From contig NZ_JMCB01000006.1 of NCBI RefSeq assembly GCF_000737315.1, positions 973,820 through 1,037,819 of the forward strand: a stretch of DNA of 64,000 nucleotides, in the 5' to 3' direction. This document shows positions 30,697-40,164 of the stretch, piece by piece. The notes under the pieces are model-generated. The model worked only from the letters and a program-made list of their open reading frames with translations, was not told the origin of the DNA and did not search any database. Positions within the stretch are counted from its first letter, which is position 1. Each line of letters begins with the position of its first letter. Source of the stretch: Hyalangium minutum. Lineage in GTDB: Bacteria > Myxococcota > Myxococcia > Myxococcales > Myxococcaceae. Made by a program: the position numbers and the translations under genes.

Positions 30697-31533
30697 TTGG
30701 GAGAAGCTTGCCGCCCTGGAGGAATTCCTCTCCTACGAGTCCTTCAAAGAACTTCGCCTGCAGGTGCTGCCCCATCGGCGGGATTTCTTGTCGCCGGAGG
30801 ATCCCGGGGCCGCTGTCCGGATAGCGGGGCCCGGAATTTGGTCCGAACGATGGGGTCCACCTCAGCTATCAGCCGCCATGTCGTGGCGACGGCGGGCCAC
30901 TGCATCTGCAAGCGCAGGCAGGGAGCGTCGCCTGGTCAAGGGAGTCAAGCCATCATTGACGCGTCAGCCTGTTTCGAGGGCGCGAAGGTGGAGACGGTCT
31001 TCTATAAACCCCCGGTCGAGGAAGGGGCCCGGAATTTGGTCCGAACGATGGGGTCGCGGGGGAAGATCTACAAGGGCAGGGCCCGACCGCACCCCGCGTT
31101 GAAGGTCATGCTCGATGAACAGGGTCGCGTCATGTCGAGCCGTGCGGATCTCGCCCTCATCTTTCTGGAGAAGCCCCTGGAGTCTCCGGGCATTCCTCTG
31201 GCTGATGAGGACACCCGGGTGGGTGACTCCGTCATCATCGCGGGATATGGCTACGACGAAGTCGCTGACGTGTTCGGCTGGGAGCGCCGCTTCTGCACCA
31301 ACAAGATCACCCGGCTCTCGCTGACGGAGGATGAGCGGATCCTGATTGAGCAGCCGGGAGGGCATCAGTACAGGCAGGACAGTGGCGGACCCTGTCTTCG
31401 CCAGGGAGAGAAGGGGCCCGAGATTGTGGGGATCTCCAGCCGCTGGCTTGGAGAAGGAGCCGCCTGCACGAGCATTCATGGCCACCTTGATTGGCTGCGC
31501 GAGGAAGTCCGTCGTGCGGAAACACCTGATTGA
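30697..31533 (+). pseudogene. Trypsin-like (S1) serine protease with scrambled N-terminus
   Basis: Catalytic triad motifs TAGHC, ADLAL and QDSGGPC are present. There is no signal peptide, and an ectopic 32-bp copy precedes the His motif. Confidence 0.7.
30826..31055 (+). repeat. Exact 32-bp direct repeat GGGGCCCGGAATTTGGTCCGAACGATGGGGTC
   Basis: Copies at 30826-30857 and 31024-31055, 198 bp apart. Confidence 0.9.
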
Positions 31534-31591
31534 GGAAGGACGGTCGAACGATGACTCGATGGCAGGTGGCAGTCATCTGACGCTGCCTGAC

Positions 31592-31639
31592 TGCACAGGG
31601 GTGCTGGTTGCGCCTCGCGTTGTCGTGACGGCCGGCCAC
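31592..31639 (+). pseudogene. Second trypsin fragment
   Basis: CTGVLVAPRVVVTAGH followed by unrelated sequence. Confidence 0.55.
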
Positions 31640-31715
31640 CCCCTAAAGGCTGGGCATCTTCCGGGAGCCTCTGGGTATGATGGAGCCTCGACCCAAGAGG
31701 GGGGCTTGACGCGAG

Positions 31716-32522
31716 ATGGTGCCTCGGACGGCCTTGGTGAGGAACAATGTGCAGGTTCTGGGCAAGGGCCAGAGCCTGATCATGTTTGCCCACGGTTTTG
31801 GGAGCACGCAGGCCGTCTGGCAGGCGCAGGTGCAAGCCTTCGCGGAGACGCACCGCATCCTCCTGTTTGATCACGTGGGCGCCGCAGGCGGCAACCTGGC
31901 GGCCTACAGCCCCTACCGCTATGCGAGCGTGGAGGGCTACGCCGCGGACATGCTCGAGGTTCTGGAGGCGGTGGACGCCCGAGACGTCATCTATGTCGGG
32001 CACTCCATGAGCGGCATGGTGGGGTTGCTGGCGGGACTGGCCCGGCCCGAGCTCTTCCGGGGCATGGTCTTCATCAGCTCCTCGCCTCGCTACCTCAACG
32101 CTCCAGGCTATGTGGGAGGCTTCGAGCGGGCGGACCTGGATGCGCTCTATGCCTCCATGGAGGCGGACTTTGGCGCCTGGGCCAGTGGCTTTGCCCGGGC
32201 CGTGGTGGGCTCGTCCGCCACGCCCGAGCTGGCGGAGTCCTTCGCACGGTCGCTCGGCTCGCTCCGCCCCGATGTGGCGCTCGGCGTGGCGCGCGTCATC
32301 TTCGAGGCGGATCTGCGAGAGAAGGTGCCCAAGCTCTCGCTGCCCACCTGGATCCTCCAGCCGCGCAGCGACCTGGCCGTGCCTCGCGAGGTGGGGAGCT
32401 ATCTGGCGCACCACCTCCCTCAGGGCCAACTCGTCGTCGTGGACAGCGAGGGGCACCTGCCCCACCTCACCTCTCCTGGCCAGGTCAATGCCATCCTGGC
32501 GGAGATCCTCTCGGAACTCTGA
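31716..32522 (+). CDS. RsbQ/KAI2/D14-like alpha/beta hydrolase
   Basis: NNVQVLG..MFAHGFG..Q..W, YVGHSMSG (Ser), DLAVP (Asp), EGHLPHL (His). Confidence 0.92.
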   Translation: MVPRTALVRNNVQVLGKGQSLIMFAHGFGSTQAVWQAQVQAFAETHRILLFDHVGAAGGNLAAYSPYRYASVEGYAADMLEVLEAVDARDVIYVGHSMSGMVGLLAGLARPELFRGMVFISSSPRYLNAPGYVGGFERADLDALYASMEADFGAWASGFARAVVGSSATPELAESFARSLGSLRPDVALGVARVIFEADLREKVPKLSLPTWILQPRSDLAVPREVGSYLAHHLPQGQLVVVDSEGHLPHLTSPGQVNAILAEILSEL

Positions 32523-32527
32523 GCGCC

Positions 32528-35026
32528 ATGGCGGAAGCGTCTCCATCGCCCGGCGAGCGCTCACTGCCAGAGTGGGTGGCTGCCGCCGTGGCGGCGCTCT
32601 CCCCCAGGGATGGGAAGCAGCTGGAGCGCGTGCTGGAGGTCGCCCGGAGCGCCTGTGGGGCGGACCTGGCGCTGGCGCTTCGCCGGGTGGATGCCGTCAC
32701 GCTCTTCGAGCTGGGAGGCGCGCCCGCTCAACATCCGAGCCTGCCTCCGGTGGGAGAGTCCCTCTTCCGGGGCGTGCTGGGCGGGCAGGGCTGCTCCTTC
32801 TTCGAGCCCGAGCAGGCTGAGCCAGGGTGGCCTTACTCCCTTCGCGGGGCGGTGGCGCTCGTGCCCTGGGAGTCCGTGGAGGAGCGGCGCGGCGCCGTGC
32901 TGCTCGTGCGCCGGGGCACCCAGTCCTTCTCTCCGGACGAGCGCGGCCGGCTCGAGGCCCTGTGTGGGCTGCTGGTCACCGTCGCCCGCGAGAGTGACTT
33001 GGAGCGCCTGACGGCCGGGCTGCGCGAGCGGGTGGAGGCCATCTCTCACGCGCTCCCCTGCGGGCTCATCTTCCTGAACCCGCAGGAGGCCGAGGCATGG
33101 CTGAACGAGCCCGCGGCCGAGCTGCTCGGGCTCCCGGCGGGCAAGGCGCCCGCGCACCTCGTTGCCCAGGCCATGGCCGCGCTGCGCGAGCGCGCCGTGA
33201 ACCGCCAGGAGCTGGAGGTGAAGCTGGAGCACCTGTTCCGGGGAGGTGCCTCGGAGCTTCGGGACGTGCTGTGGCGCTTCGAGAACCCTCACCGCATCTT
33301 CTCCGTGTCCTGCGTGCTGGCCAGCCGAGGGCCCACGCGCGGCCGGCTCTGGGCCTTCCTCGACGTCACCCAAGCCCAGGACACGCTCGCGCTGCTGGAG
33401 CAGCAGAACCTCGCGCTGGAGGCCGCCCGGCGCGAGGCGGACGCTGCCAACGCCGCCAAGTCCCAGTTCCTGGCCACCATGAGCCACGAGATTCGCACGC
33501 CCATGAACGGGGTGCTCGGCATGACTCACCTCCTGCGGCGCACGCCCCTGTCCCAGGAGCAGCAGGAGTACGTGGACGTCATCCACACCAGCGGCGAGGC
33601 GCTGCTGACGATCATCAACGACATCCTCGACTTCTCGAAGATCGAAGCGGGTGCCCTGGAGCTCGACAGCGCGGCGTTCTCGCTGCGGCAGACCCTGGAC
33701 GAGTGTGTGCGTCTGCTGAGCCCCTCGGCCGAGGCGCGGGGGCTGTACTGCCGCCAGGAAGTCGAGCCCACCGTGCCGGACACGCTGGTGGGCGATCGGA
33801 TGCGGCTGCGGCAGATCCTCCTCAACCTCGTGGGCAATGCGCTGAAGTTCACGCACCAGGGCGGAGTGACTGTCCACGTGTCGCGAGGCGAGGCGCCAGC
33901 CTCGGGCCTGCCCTCCGAGGTGCGGGTGTGCTTCGCCGTGAGCGACACGGGCATCGGCATTCCCGCCGAGCGCATGGATCGGCTCTTCCGCACCTTCAGC
34001 CAGGTGGACTCCTCCACCAGCCGCCACTATGGGGGAACGGGCCTGGGGCTCGTCATCAGCCAGCGCCTCGCGCAGATGATGGAGGGCCACATCCACGTGC
34101 GGAGCACCGAGGGCGTGGGCTCCACGTTCACGCTCGAGGTGGTGCTGCAAGAGGGCTCGGAGGCCTCGCTCCCGCCCCGCACCGAGGTGGACGAGAGCCT
34201 GGGTGCCCGCCACCCGCTGCGCGTCCTCCTGGTGGAGGACAACCCCATCAACCAGAAGGTGAACCTGCGCGTCTTCCAGCGCCTGGGCTACGAGGCGCAC
34301 GTGGTGGGCAACGGGCTGGAGGCGCTCGCGGCCATGCGGGAGGCGGCCTATGACGTGGTCTTCATGGACGTCCACATGCCGCGCCTGGACGGCCTGGAGG
34401 CGGCCCGGCGGGTGCGCGCCGATGCGGCGGAGTACGGGTCGCCGTACATCGTCGCCATGACGGCGAGCGCGGTGAAGGGAGATCGCGAGCGCTGCCTCCA
34501 GGCGGGGATGAACGACTACGTGGCCAAGCCCGTGGAGTTCCCGATGCTCGCCGCGGCCTTGGAGCGGGCCGCCTTCGCCAGGGCCCAGGGGCTCTCTCTC
34601 TCTCTCTCTCCTGCTCCGCTGCAGGAACTCGCCTCCCCGGAGCCATCCTCCGCCAACGAGGCGCCGGTGCTCCAGAGGGAGATCCTCCAGCGGCTGGAGC
34701 TGCTCGTCGGCAACAACCGGGAGGAGCTCGGTACATTGACGCGGGACTTCCTGAAGAACGCCCGTAAGCACCAGGAGGCCCTGCTCCAAGGCGTCCTGGA
34801 CAGGGACGCGCGGGCGTTGGGGGAGCATGCCCACAGCCTCCGGTCGAGCGCGGCGCTCTTTGGGGCCTCCCAGCTGTCGCGCTTCTGCGAGGAACTCGAA
34901 CAGTGCGCGGAGGCGGGCTTCTCGGATCAGCTGAAGGCGCTGGCCAAGTCTACGGCGCAAGCTTTCGAGCAGGCGCGGGCGGCGCTCGAGGAGGCCGTGC
35001 CCGAGGCCTGTCCCGCGCGGAGCTGA
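32528..35026 (+). CDS. Hybrid histidine kinase (GAF/PAS-like, HisKA, HATPase, REC, Hpt)
   Basis: KSQFLATMSHEIRTPMNG, NLVGNALKFT, GGTGLGL, VFMDVHMP, AHSLRSSA. Confidence 0.92.
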   Translation: MAEASPSPGERSLPEWVAAAVAALSPRDGKQLERVLEVARSACGADLALALRRVDAVTLFELGGAPAQHPSLPPVGESLFRGVLGGQGCSFFEPEQAEPGWPYSLRGAVALVPWESVEERRGAVLLVRRGTQSFSPDERGRLEALCGLLVTVARESDLERLTAGLRERVEAISHALPCGLIFLNPQEAEAWLNEPAAELLGLPAGKAPAHLVAQAMAALRERAVNRQELEVKLEHLFRGGASELRDVLWRFENPHRIFSVSCVLASRGPTRGRLWAFLDVTQAQDTLALLEQQNLALEAARREADAANAAKSQFLATMSHEIRTPMNGVLGMTHLLRRTPLSQEQQEYVDVIHTSGEALLTIINDILDFSKIEAGALELDSAAFSLRQTLDECVRLLSPSAEARGLYCRQEVEPTVPDTLVGDRMRLRQILLNLVGNALKFTHQGGVTVHVSRGEAPASGLPSEVRVCFAVSDTGIGIPAERMDRLFRTFSQVDSSTSRHYGGTGLGLVISQRLAQMMEGHIHVRSTEGVGSTFTLEVVLQEGSEASLPPRTEVDESLGARHPLRVLLVEDNPINQKVNLRVFQRLGYEAHVVGNGLEALAAMREAAYDVVFMDVHMPRLDGLEAARRVRADAAEYGSPYIVAMTASAVKGDRERCLQAGMNDYVAKPVEFPMLAAALERAAFARAQGLSLSLSPAPLQELASPEPSSANEAPVLQREILQRLELLVGNNREELGTLTRDFLKNARKHQEALLQGVLDRDARALGEHAHSLRSSAALFGASQLSRFCEELEQCAEAGFSDQLKALAKSTAQAFEQARAALEEAVPEACPARS
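34592..34610 (+). repeat. (CT)9C simple sequence repeat in the REC-Hpt linker
   Basis: ctctctctctctctctctc, currently in frame (LSLSLS). Confidence 0.85.
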
Positions 35027-35117
35027 GCCCGGGAGTGGGTGGATCTGAGAAGGTTCCTTCGATTCCCTGTAGAGTCACCGCCCGCTCGGCATGAGCCGGC
35101 GTGGGAGGTGCCGCACG

Positions 35118-35468
35118 ATGCACGGTATCGGGACAGCGCTCTGCCTCTTCATTGTCGCCGAACACGTGGCCTTCATGGTCCTGGAGATGGTCTTCTGGCA
35201 GAAGCCGCTGGGCCGGGCCCTCTTCAAAAGGTCGGTCGAGGAAGCGCGGACCTCCGCGAGCCTGGCCGCGAACCAGGGGCTCTACAATGGCTTCCTCGCC
35301 GCTGGGCTGGCGATGGCGGTCTTTCTGGGCGAGGGCCGCTTCACGGCGTTCTTCCTGGCCTGCGTCGTGGTGGCGGGAACCTTCGCGGGCATCACGGTGA
35401 GCCGCGGCATCTTCTTCGTCCAGGCAGCGCCGGCCCTCCTCGCGGGCCTCGTGCTGTTCGTCTCATAG
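35118..35468 (+). CDS. DUF1304 membrane protein
   Basis: AEH..F..LEM..W...LAANQGLYNGFLAAGL...VQAAPALL. Confidence 0.9.
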   Translation: MHGIGTALCLFIVAEHVAFMVLEMVFWQKPLGRALFKRSVEEARTSASLAANQGLYNGFLAAGLAMAVFLGEGRFTAFFLACVVVAGTFAGITVSRGIFFVQAAPALLAGLVLFVS

Positions 35469-35480
35469 AGCGATAGCGCC

Positions 35481-36842
35481 GTGACCCACCCCACCATCGA
35501 GCGCCACGCGCGCCATGTGAACCCCGCCTTCGTGAAGCTGCTGGGAGTGCTCGGCTATGGCCGGGTGTTTACGCGGGCGCGGGATGTGTGGCTCTGGGAT
35601 GATCAGGAGCGGCAGTACCTCGACTTCCTGGCGGGGTTCGGCTCGGTGAACCTGGGCCACAACCACCCGAGGCTCATGGCGCGGCTGCAGCGCTTCCTGG
35701 CCGAGGACGCGCTCCACTTCTGCCACGTGGGCCTGACGGAGCACTCGGCGCTGCTGGGCGAGGCACTCTGCCAACGGCTCGATGCTCCGCTGGAGGTGGT
35801 GCTGCTGGCGTCCAGCGGCGGCGAGGCGGTGGAGGCCGGCATGAAGCTGGCCCGCGCGGCCACGCGGCGCTCGGCCTTCGTGTTCTGCGAGGGAGGCTTT
35901 CACGGGACGAGCTTCGGCACGCTCTCGATGATGGGCTCCGAGCGCATGCGCAAGCCCTTCGAGCCGCTGCTCGCGGGTTGCCACCGCGTGCCCTTCGGGG
36001 ACCTGGAGGCACTGGAGCGGGTGCTCCGGCGCGAGAAGGTCGCGGCGTTCGTGGTGGAGCCGCTGCTGGCCGAGGGCGGCGTCGTCTCTCCGCCTCCGGG
36101 GTATTTAAAGGAGGCACAGGCGCTGTGCCGCAAGCACGGGGCCCTGCTGGTGCTGGACGAGGTGCAGACGGGGCTGGGCCGCCTGGGCCGGCGCTTCGCG
36201 TACCAGGGCCAGGGCTTCGTGCCGGATGTGCTGGTGCTGGCCAAGGCGCTGAGCGGCGGAGCGGTGCCGGTGTCCGCGGCCATCACCTCCACGGAGATTC
36301 ACGGGCGCGCCTACGGAGGGACGGAGCGGTTCGATCTGCACAGCACCACGTTCGGTGGCAACGCGCTGGCGTGCACGGCGGCCATGGAGACGCTGGCCAT
36401 CGTGGATGACGAGGGGCTCGTGGCGAACGCCGCCGCGAGAGGGACCGAGCTGCTGGAGGGCCTGCGGAAGCGGCTCGCGGGGCATCCGCTGGTGCGGGAG
36501 ATCCGCGGCGAGGGATTGCTGGTGGGCGTGGAGCTGGGGCCCACCGAGAGCGGGCTGCTCAACCGCCTGGTTCCGAGCCTGGTGGGACAGGTGTCGGAGA
36601 AGGTCTTCGGACAGTGGGCGGCGCTGCGGCTGTTGGAGGAGGGCATCGTGTGCCAGCCAGCCTCGCACCGGTGGGACGTGCTGCGGCTGGAGCCGCCGCT
36701 GACGGTGAAGTCCGAGGAGATTCAGCGGGTGGTGGATGCGGTGGCGCGCATCCTGGGGGACTACACGGGGCTGGTGCCGCTGCTGCGCGATGTGGTGGCG
36801 AGGGTGGGCGAGCAGCGCAAGCGGGAAGGAGCGTTCCGATGA
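35481..36842 (+). CDS. Class III PLP aminotransferase (ornithine-AT / HpnO-like)
   Basis: FHGTSFG, EPLLAEGG, DEVQTGLGR, PDVLVLAKALSGG, STTFGGN. Confidence 0.9.
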   Translation: MTHPTIERHARHVNPAFVKLLGVLGYGRVFTRARDVWLWDDQERQYLDFLAGFGSVNLGHNHPRLMARLQRFLAEDALHFCHVGLTEHSALLGEALCQRLDAPLEVVLLASSGGEAVEAGMKLARAATRRSAFVFCEGGFHGTSFGTLSMMGSERMRKPFEPLLAGCHRVPFGDLEALERVLRREKVAAFVVEPLLAEGGVVSPPPGYLKEAQALCRKHGALLVLDEVQTGLGRLGRRFAYQGQGFVPDVLVLAKALSGGAVPVSAAITSTEIHGRAYGGTERFDLHSTTFGGNALACTAAMETLAIVDDEGLVANAAARGTELLEGLRKRLAGHPLVREIRGEGLLVGVELGPTESGLLNRLVPSLVGQVSEKVFGQWAALRLLEEGIVCQPASHRWDVLRLEPPLTVKSEEIQRVVDAVARILGDYTGLVPLLRDVVARVGEQRKREGAFR

Positions 36843-37858
36843 GCCTGGCCGAGCTTCGGCGGGACGCGCGCTTCGCGGCGGGGTTGGTGGCGCGGCGGCC
36901 CTTCCAGGTGCTGGTGCAGGTGACGAACCGCTGCAACGCCACGTGCTCCTTCTGCGACTTCTGGCCCAACGGCGCGCACCCTCGCGAGGAGCTGACGGCG
37001 GACGACTTCCGCAAGCTGTCGGCCGAGCTGGCGAAGATCGGCACATTCCTCATCTCCATCGAAGGCGGGGAGCCGTTCGTCCGGCAGGACCTGGTGGAGA
37101 TCGTCCGGGCGTTTGGAGAGCACCACGTGCCGCTGCTGTACACGAACGGTTGGTTCGTGACCGAGGAGAAGGTGAAGGCGCTGTTTGCGGCGGGACTGGC
37201 GCAGGTGGGCGTGTCCATCGACTACTCGGAGGCGGCGCGGCACGACGCCAAGCGCGGACTGAAGGGCGGCACGGAGCGGGCGTGGCAGGCGGTGGACCTG
37301 TTCCGGAAGCACGCGCCGCACGGGAACCGTCAAGTGCACGTGATGACGGTGCTGATGCGCGACAACCAGAACGACTTGGAGGCGCTGCTAAAGCAGAGCG
37401 CCGCGCATGACGTGGGCCACTGCCTGACGCTGATCTCCACGCAGGGGTACCGGCGCGGGAAGGACTCGCCGGACGGTGTGCCGGACGTGTCGCTGTCACC
37501 GCAACTGCTGTCGCTGTGGAAGCAGTACCCGCACTTCCGCATGTTCCGCGACTACCTGGGGAGCGTGGACACGTTCCTCGCGGACCGAAGCCAGCTCCCG
37601 GCGTGCCAAGCGGGGACGCAGAGCTTCAACATCGATCACCTGGGGAACGTGTCCCCGTGCATCGAGAAGATCGATCGCCGGTTCGGGAACGTGCGGGACG
37701 AGCCGCTGGCGGCCATCCTCCAGCGTATGCGCGAGGGCGGGACGGCGCGGGGCTGCCAGGACTGCTGGACGCTCTGCCGGGGCTTCAACCAGAGCCTCGG
37801 GCAGGGGGGCACACTGAAGGGCTGGATGGACCTGAGCACGCGCATGCGCTCGGCGTGA
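36839..37858 (+). CDS. Radical SAM protein with SPASM/twitch-type C-terminus
   Basis: CNATCSFC, EGGEPF, YTNG, CQAG..PCIE..CQDCWTLC. Overlaps the aminotransferase stop. Confidence 0.9.
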   Translation: MSLAELRRDARFAAGLVARRPFQVLVQVTNRCNATCSFCDFWPNGAHPREELTADDFRKLSAELAKIGTFLISIEGGEPFVRQDLVEIVRAFGEHHVPLLYTNGWFVTEEKVKALFAAGLAQVGVSIDYSEAARHDAKRGLKGGTERAWQAVDLFRKHAPHGNRQVHVMTVLMRDNQNDLEALLKQSAAHDVGHCLTLISTQGYRRGKDSPDGVPDVSLSPQLLSLWKQYPHFRMFRDYLGSVDTFLADRSQLPACQAGTQSFNIDHLGNVSPCIEKIDRRFGNVRDEPLAAILQRMREGGTARGCQDCWTLCRGFNQSLGQGGTLKGWMDLSTRMRSA

Positions 37859-38267
37859 GGTGCCGCGCGCTCAGGCTTGGGGCCCAGGAGCTACTGGATC
37901 GACCTTACCCATTGCTTCGCTGGCTTGAACTCGGTGGAGGAAGCCGGGGAGGAGAGTTTGAGAGGGGGCCAGCGGCGCCGCTGCTGAAGCTCATCCACGA
38001 GGCTGCGGCTCGTTGCCTCACCTGCTTCCTCACGCGGGAAGGTGGAGCAGCGCGCTAGATGCAACCCAGCAGGCAGGACAGTGGCAGCGGCGCGGCGTTA
38101 CGTGGGGAGGGAGCAGGGACGTGGCGAGCGCCCAGGCGTCAGCGTCGGGCGCGAGGCTGCCCCCGCAGGGGGGCTGGAGGTGAAGCACGGGCGCCGCCCG
38201 GCGGATCCTCCTCTTCTCCGTGGCGGCCCTCTAGCCTGATCACCTCCTCGCATGAAGGGGGTGACAC

Positions 38268-40154
38268 ATGCTGGCCGTGGCAGAGGATTCTCTGGAAGGC
38301 CAGAGCGCTGTCCCTTGTGTTGCTCGGCGCCAGCGCCGGAGGCGCCGCCCTCGAAGGGCTTGCCGAATGAGGGGCCCGGGAGCGAGTCAGCCCTCGCGGC
38401 TCCATGCGGCTGTCAGCCTCTTGCTCATGGCAGTCTTCGCCGCGCCCGGGGCGCACGCCTCCGGAGAGACAAGCCAGATGCGGGCCGTTGTGGGGGCGGG
38501 TATCTCTCAGGGCACCGCGCTGGGCAGCCCCTGGGCGCCGCGCACCTCGTACAGCGTGAGCCTGTGGGGCCTGTGGGAAGCAGGCCAGGGGGTGGGGGCG
38601 CGCTTGACGTTGCTGCCCCCGGCCACCTCCGCCGGAGCGTGGGAGCTGTCCACGGACGCGGTCGCGCGCTTCACGGGTGAGGGGCCGCTGTACTTCAAGG
38701 CCCTCGGTGGAGTGGCCGTCACCCCCCGCCCCTGGTGGCCTCCGCGGCTGCGCGCCGGGGGCGAAGTCGGGGTGCACGCCATCCGTGGAAGCATTGGCCT
38801 GGAGGTGGGCGTTGGTGGCGTGTACTCGTTCCCGCCCTCGCGGCTCTCGCAAGGCGAAGGGGTGCTCTCCCTCGGGGTGGGAATCCTCTTCGGCTTCGGC
38901 ACACCGTCCCGCACGCCTGCTCTCGTCCCGCCTCAGCGCCCGTGGGCGCAGCAGTCCGCTCACAGTCCACAAGGCGCCTTGCCACCACGTGGCCCAGGCT
39001 CCTCATCCGCAGCGGAGGCGAGGACGGAGGGGCTTGCGCCCGCTGCTTCGGAGGTGGCGCTCACCCCCTTCGGAGAGCGGGACGTGATTCAGCAGATTCT
39101 GCTGCTCCAGAAACCCGGGGCCGTCCAGTCCTGGTGGGCCTCGGGCCCCTGGGAGGACATGGCTCACTGGAGCCACCCGCTGTCGGAGTGGGAGCGCAAG
39201 TACGCCGAGGCCATGAGCGCGGAGACGGTGCCCGAGGCCCTCCGCATGTGGCCGCTGGTGACGCCCGAGCGCTTCACCCCCGCGCAGCGCGAGGACATGG
39301 AGCGGCGCCTGGGCACAGGAGCCGCCGCCGCCGAGGGGTATGCCCACTGGGAGAACCGGCGGAGAATCGTCAAGCACTACTTCATGACGCACCCAGCAAC
39401 CCTTCAAGCCTTGCTGGGGGGGTATGGGCTGGCGAGGGATGTCAACCCGCTGCACTTCGCGCTGGAGCGCGGGTGGCAGATGGGCAGTGGCCAGGAGATG
39501 TTCACCGAGCAAGAGGTGTCCCGGCTCGGCGCGGCCCAGGAGTTCTTCACGGCGCTGGCGGTGGGAGTGGCCGCTGGGAAGTTGATGACCGCCACGCGGC
39601 CGGTGCCCGGGTGGGGTGTCCCAGAGCCGGTGGGCCCTGGCAAGGTGGAGGCTCCGCCCGCTCCGGCGAGAGCTGTGGCGCCTGCTCCAGAACCCGCTCC
39701 GGTGCCAGCACCGCTCCCTCCGGCGCCGGGCACCCTCGCGCCCTCACCCGAACTGGTTCAAGCGCTCACGGGCAAGAACCCAACGCCGCAGGTGCCCGCC
39801 GGCCCACGCTTGCGTCAGGACGTCACCGTCAAGCCGAAGGTGCCAGCCCTACTCGAGACAACCCGTCCCATTAGCCCCAGCCCCAGGCAGAATGCTCAAC
39901 TCCAGAGGGATATCGAGTATGTGAAGAATGAGCTACTCGCCGAGAACATTCGGGTGAACCAGCAGCAACTCACGCTGGAGAACGGCCAGCGCGTGGGAAT
40001 CAACAGGCCGGACCTGCAATTCGATTACAAGGGCCAGCGCTATCATGTGGAGTACGACTCACCCACCTCGGGCCGTGGTCCTCGCCACCAGTCGCGCCTC
40101 ACCGCCAACGACCCGGAAGCCATCATCATCCGGATCATCATGCCTGAGGAATGA
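38268..40154 (+). CDS. Polymorphic toxin, beta-barrel plus PD-(D/E)xK-like tip (copy 2)
   Basis: Paralogue of 28602-30497, with RPDLQFDYKGQRYHVEYD. Confidence 0.75.
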   Translation: MLAVAEDSLEGQSAVPCVARRQRRRRRPRRACRMRGPGASQPSRLHAAVSLLLMAVFAAPGAHASGETSQMRAVVGAGISQGTALGSPWAPRTSYSVSLWGLWEAGQGVGARLTLLPPATSAGAWELSTDAVARFTGEGPLYFKALGGVAVTPRPWWPPRLRAGGEVGVHAIRGSIGLEVGVGGVYSFPPSRLSQGEGVLSLGVGILFGFGTPSRTPALVPPQRPWAQQSAHSPQGALPPRGPGSSSAAEARTEGLAPAASEVALTPFGERDVIQQILLLQKPGAVQSWWASGPWEDMAHWSHPLSEWERKYAEAMSAETVPEALRMWPLVTPERFTPAQREDMERRLGTGAAAAEGYAHWENRRRIVKHYFMTHPATLQALLGGYGLARDVNPLHFALERGWQMGSGQEMFTEQEVSRLGAAQEFFTALAVGVAAGKLMTATRPVPGWGVPEPVGPGKVEAPPAPARAVAPAPEPAPVPAPLPPAPGTLAPSPELVQALTGKNPTPQVPAGPRLRQDVTVKPKVPALLETTRPISPSPRQNAQLQRDIEYVKNELLAENIRVNQQQLTLENGQRVGINRPDLQFDYKGQRYHVEYDSPTSGRGPRHQSRLTANDPEAIIIRIIMPEE

Positions 40155-40164
40155 GGGGGCCTGA

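Noticed and set aside
35481-37858. Naming the pair hpnO/hpnH
   Set aside because: No other hopanoid genes are in the window, and the motifs are shared by many families.
37899-37913. 15-bp IR as an IS66 end because it contains GTAAG
   Set aside because: GTAAG reads outward rather than inward from the end, so the element family remains unassigned.
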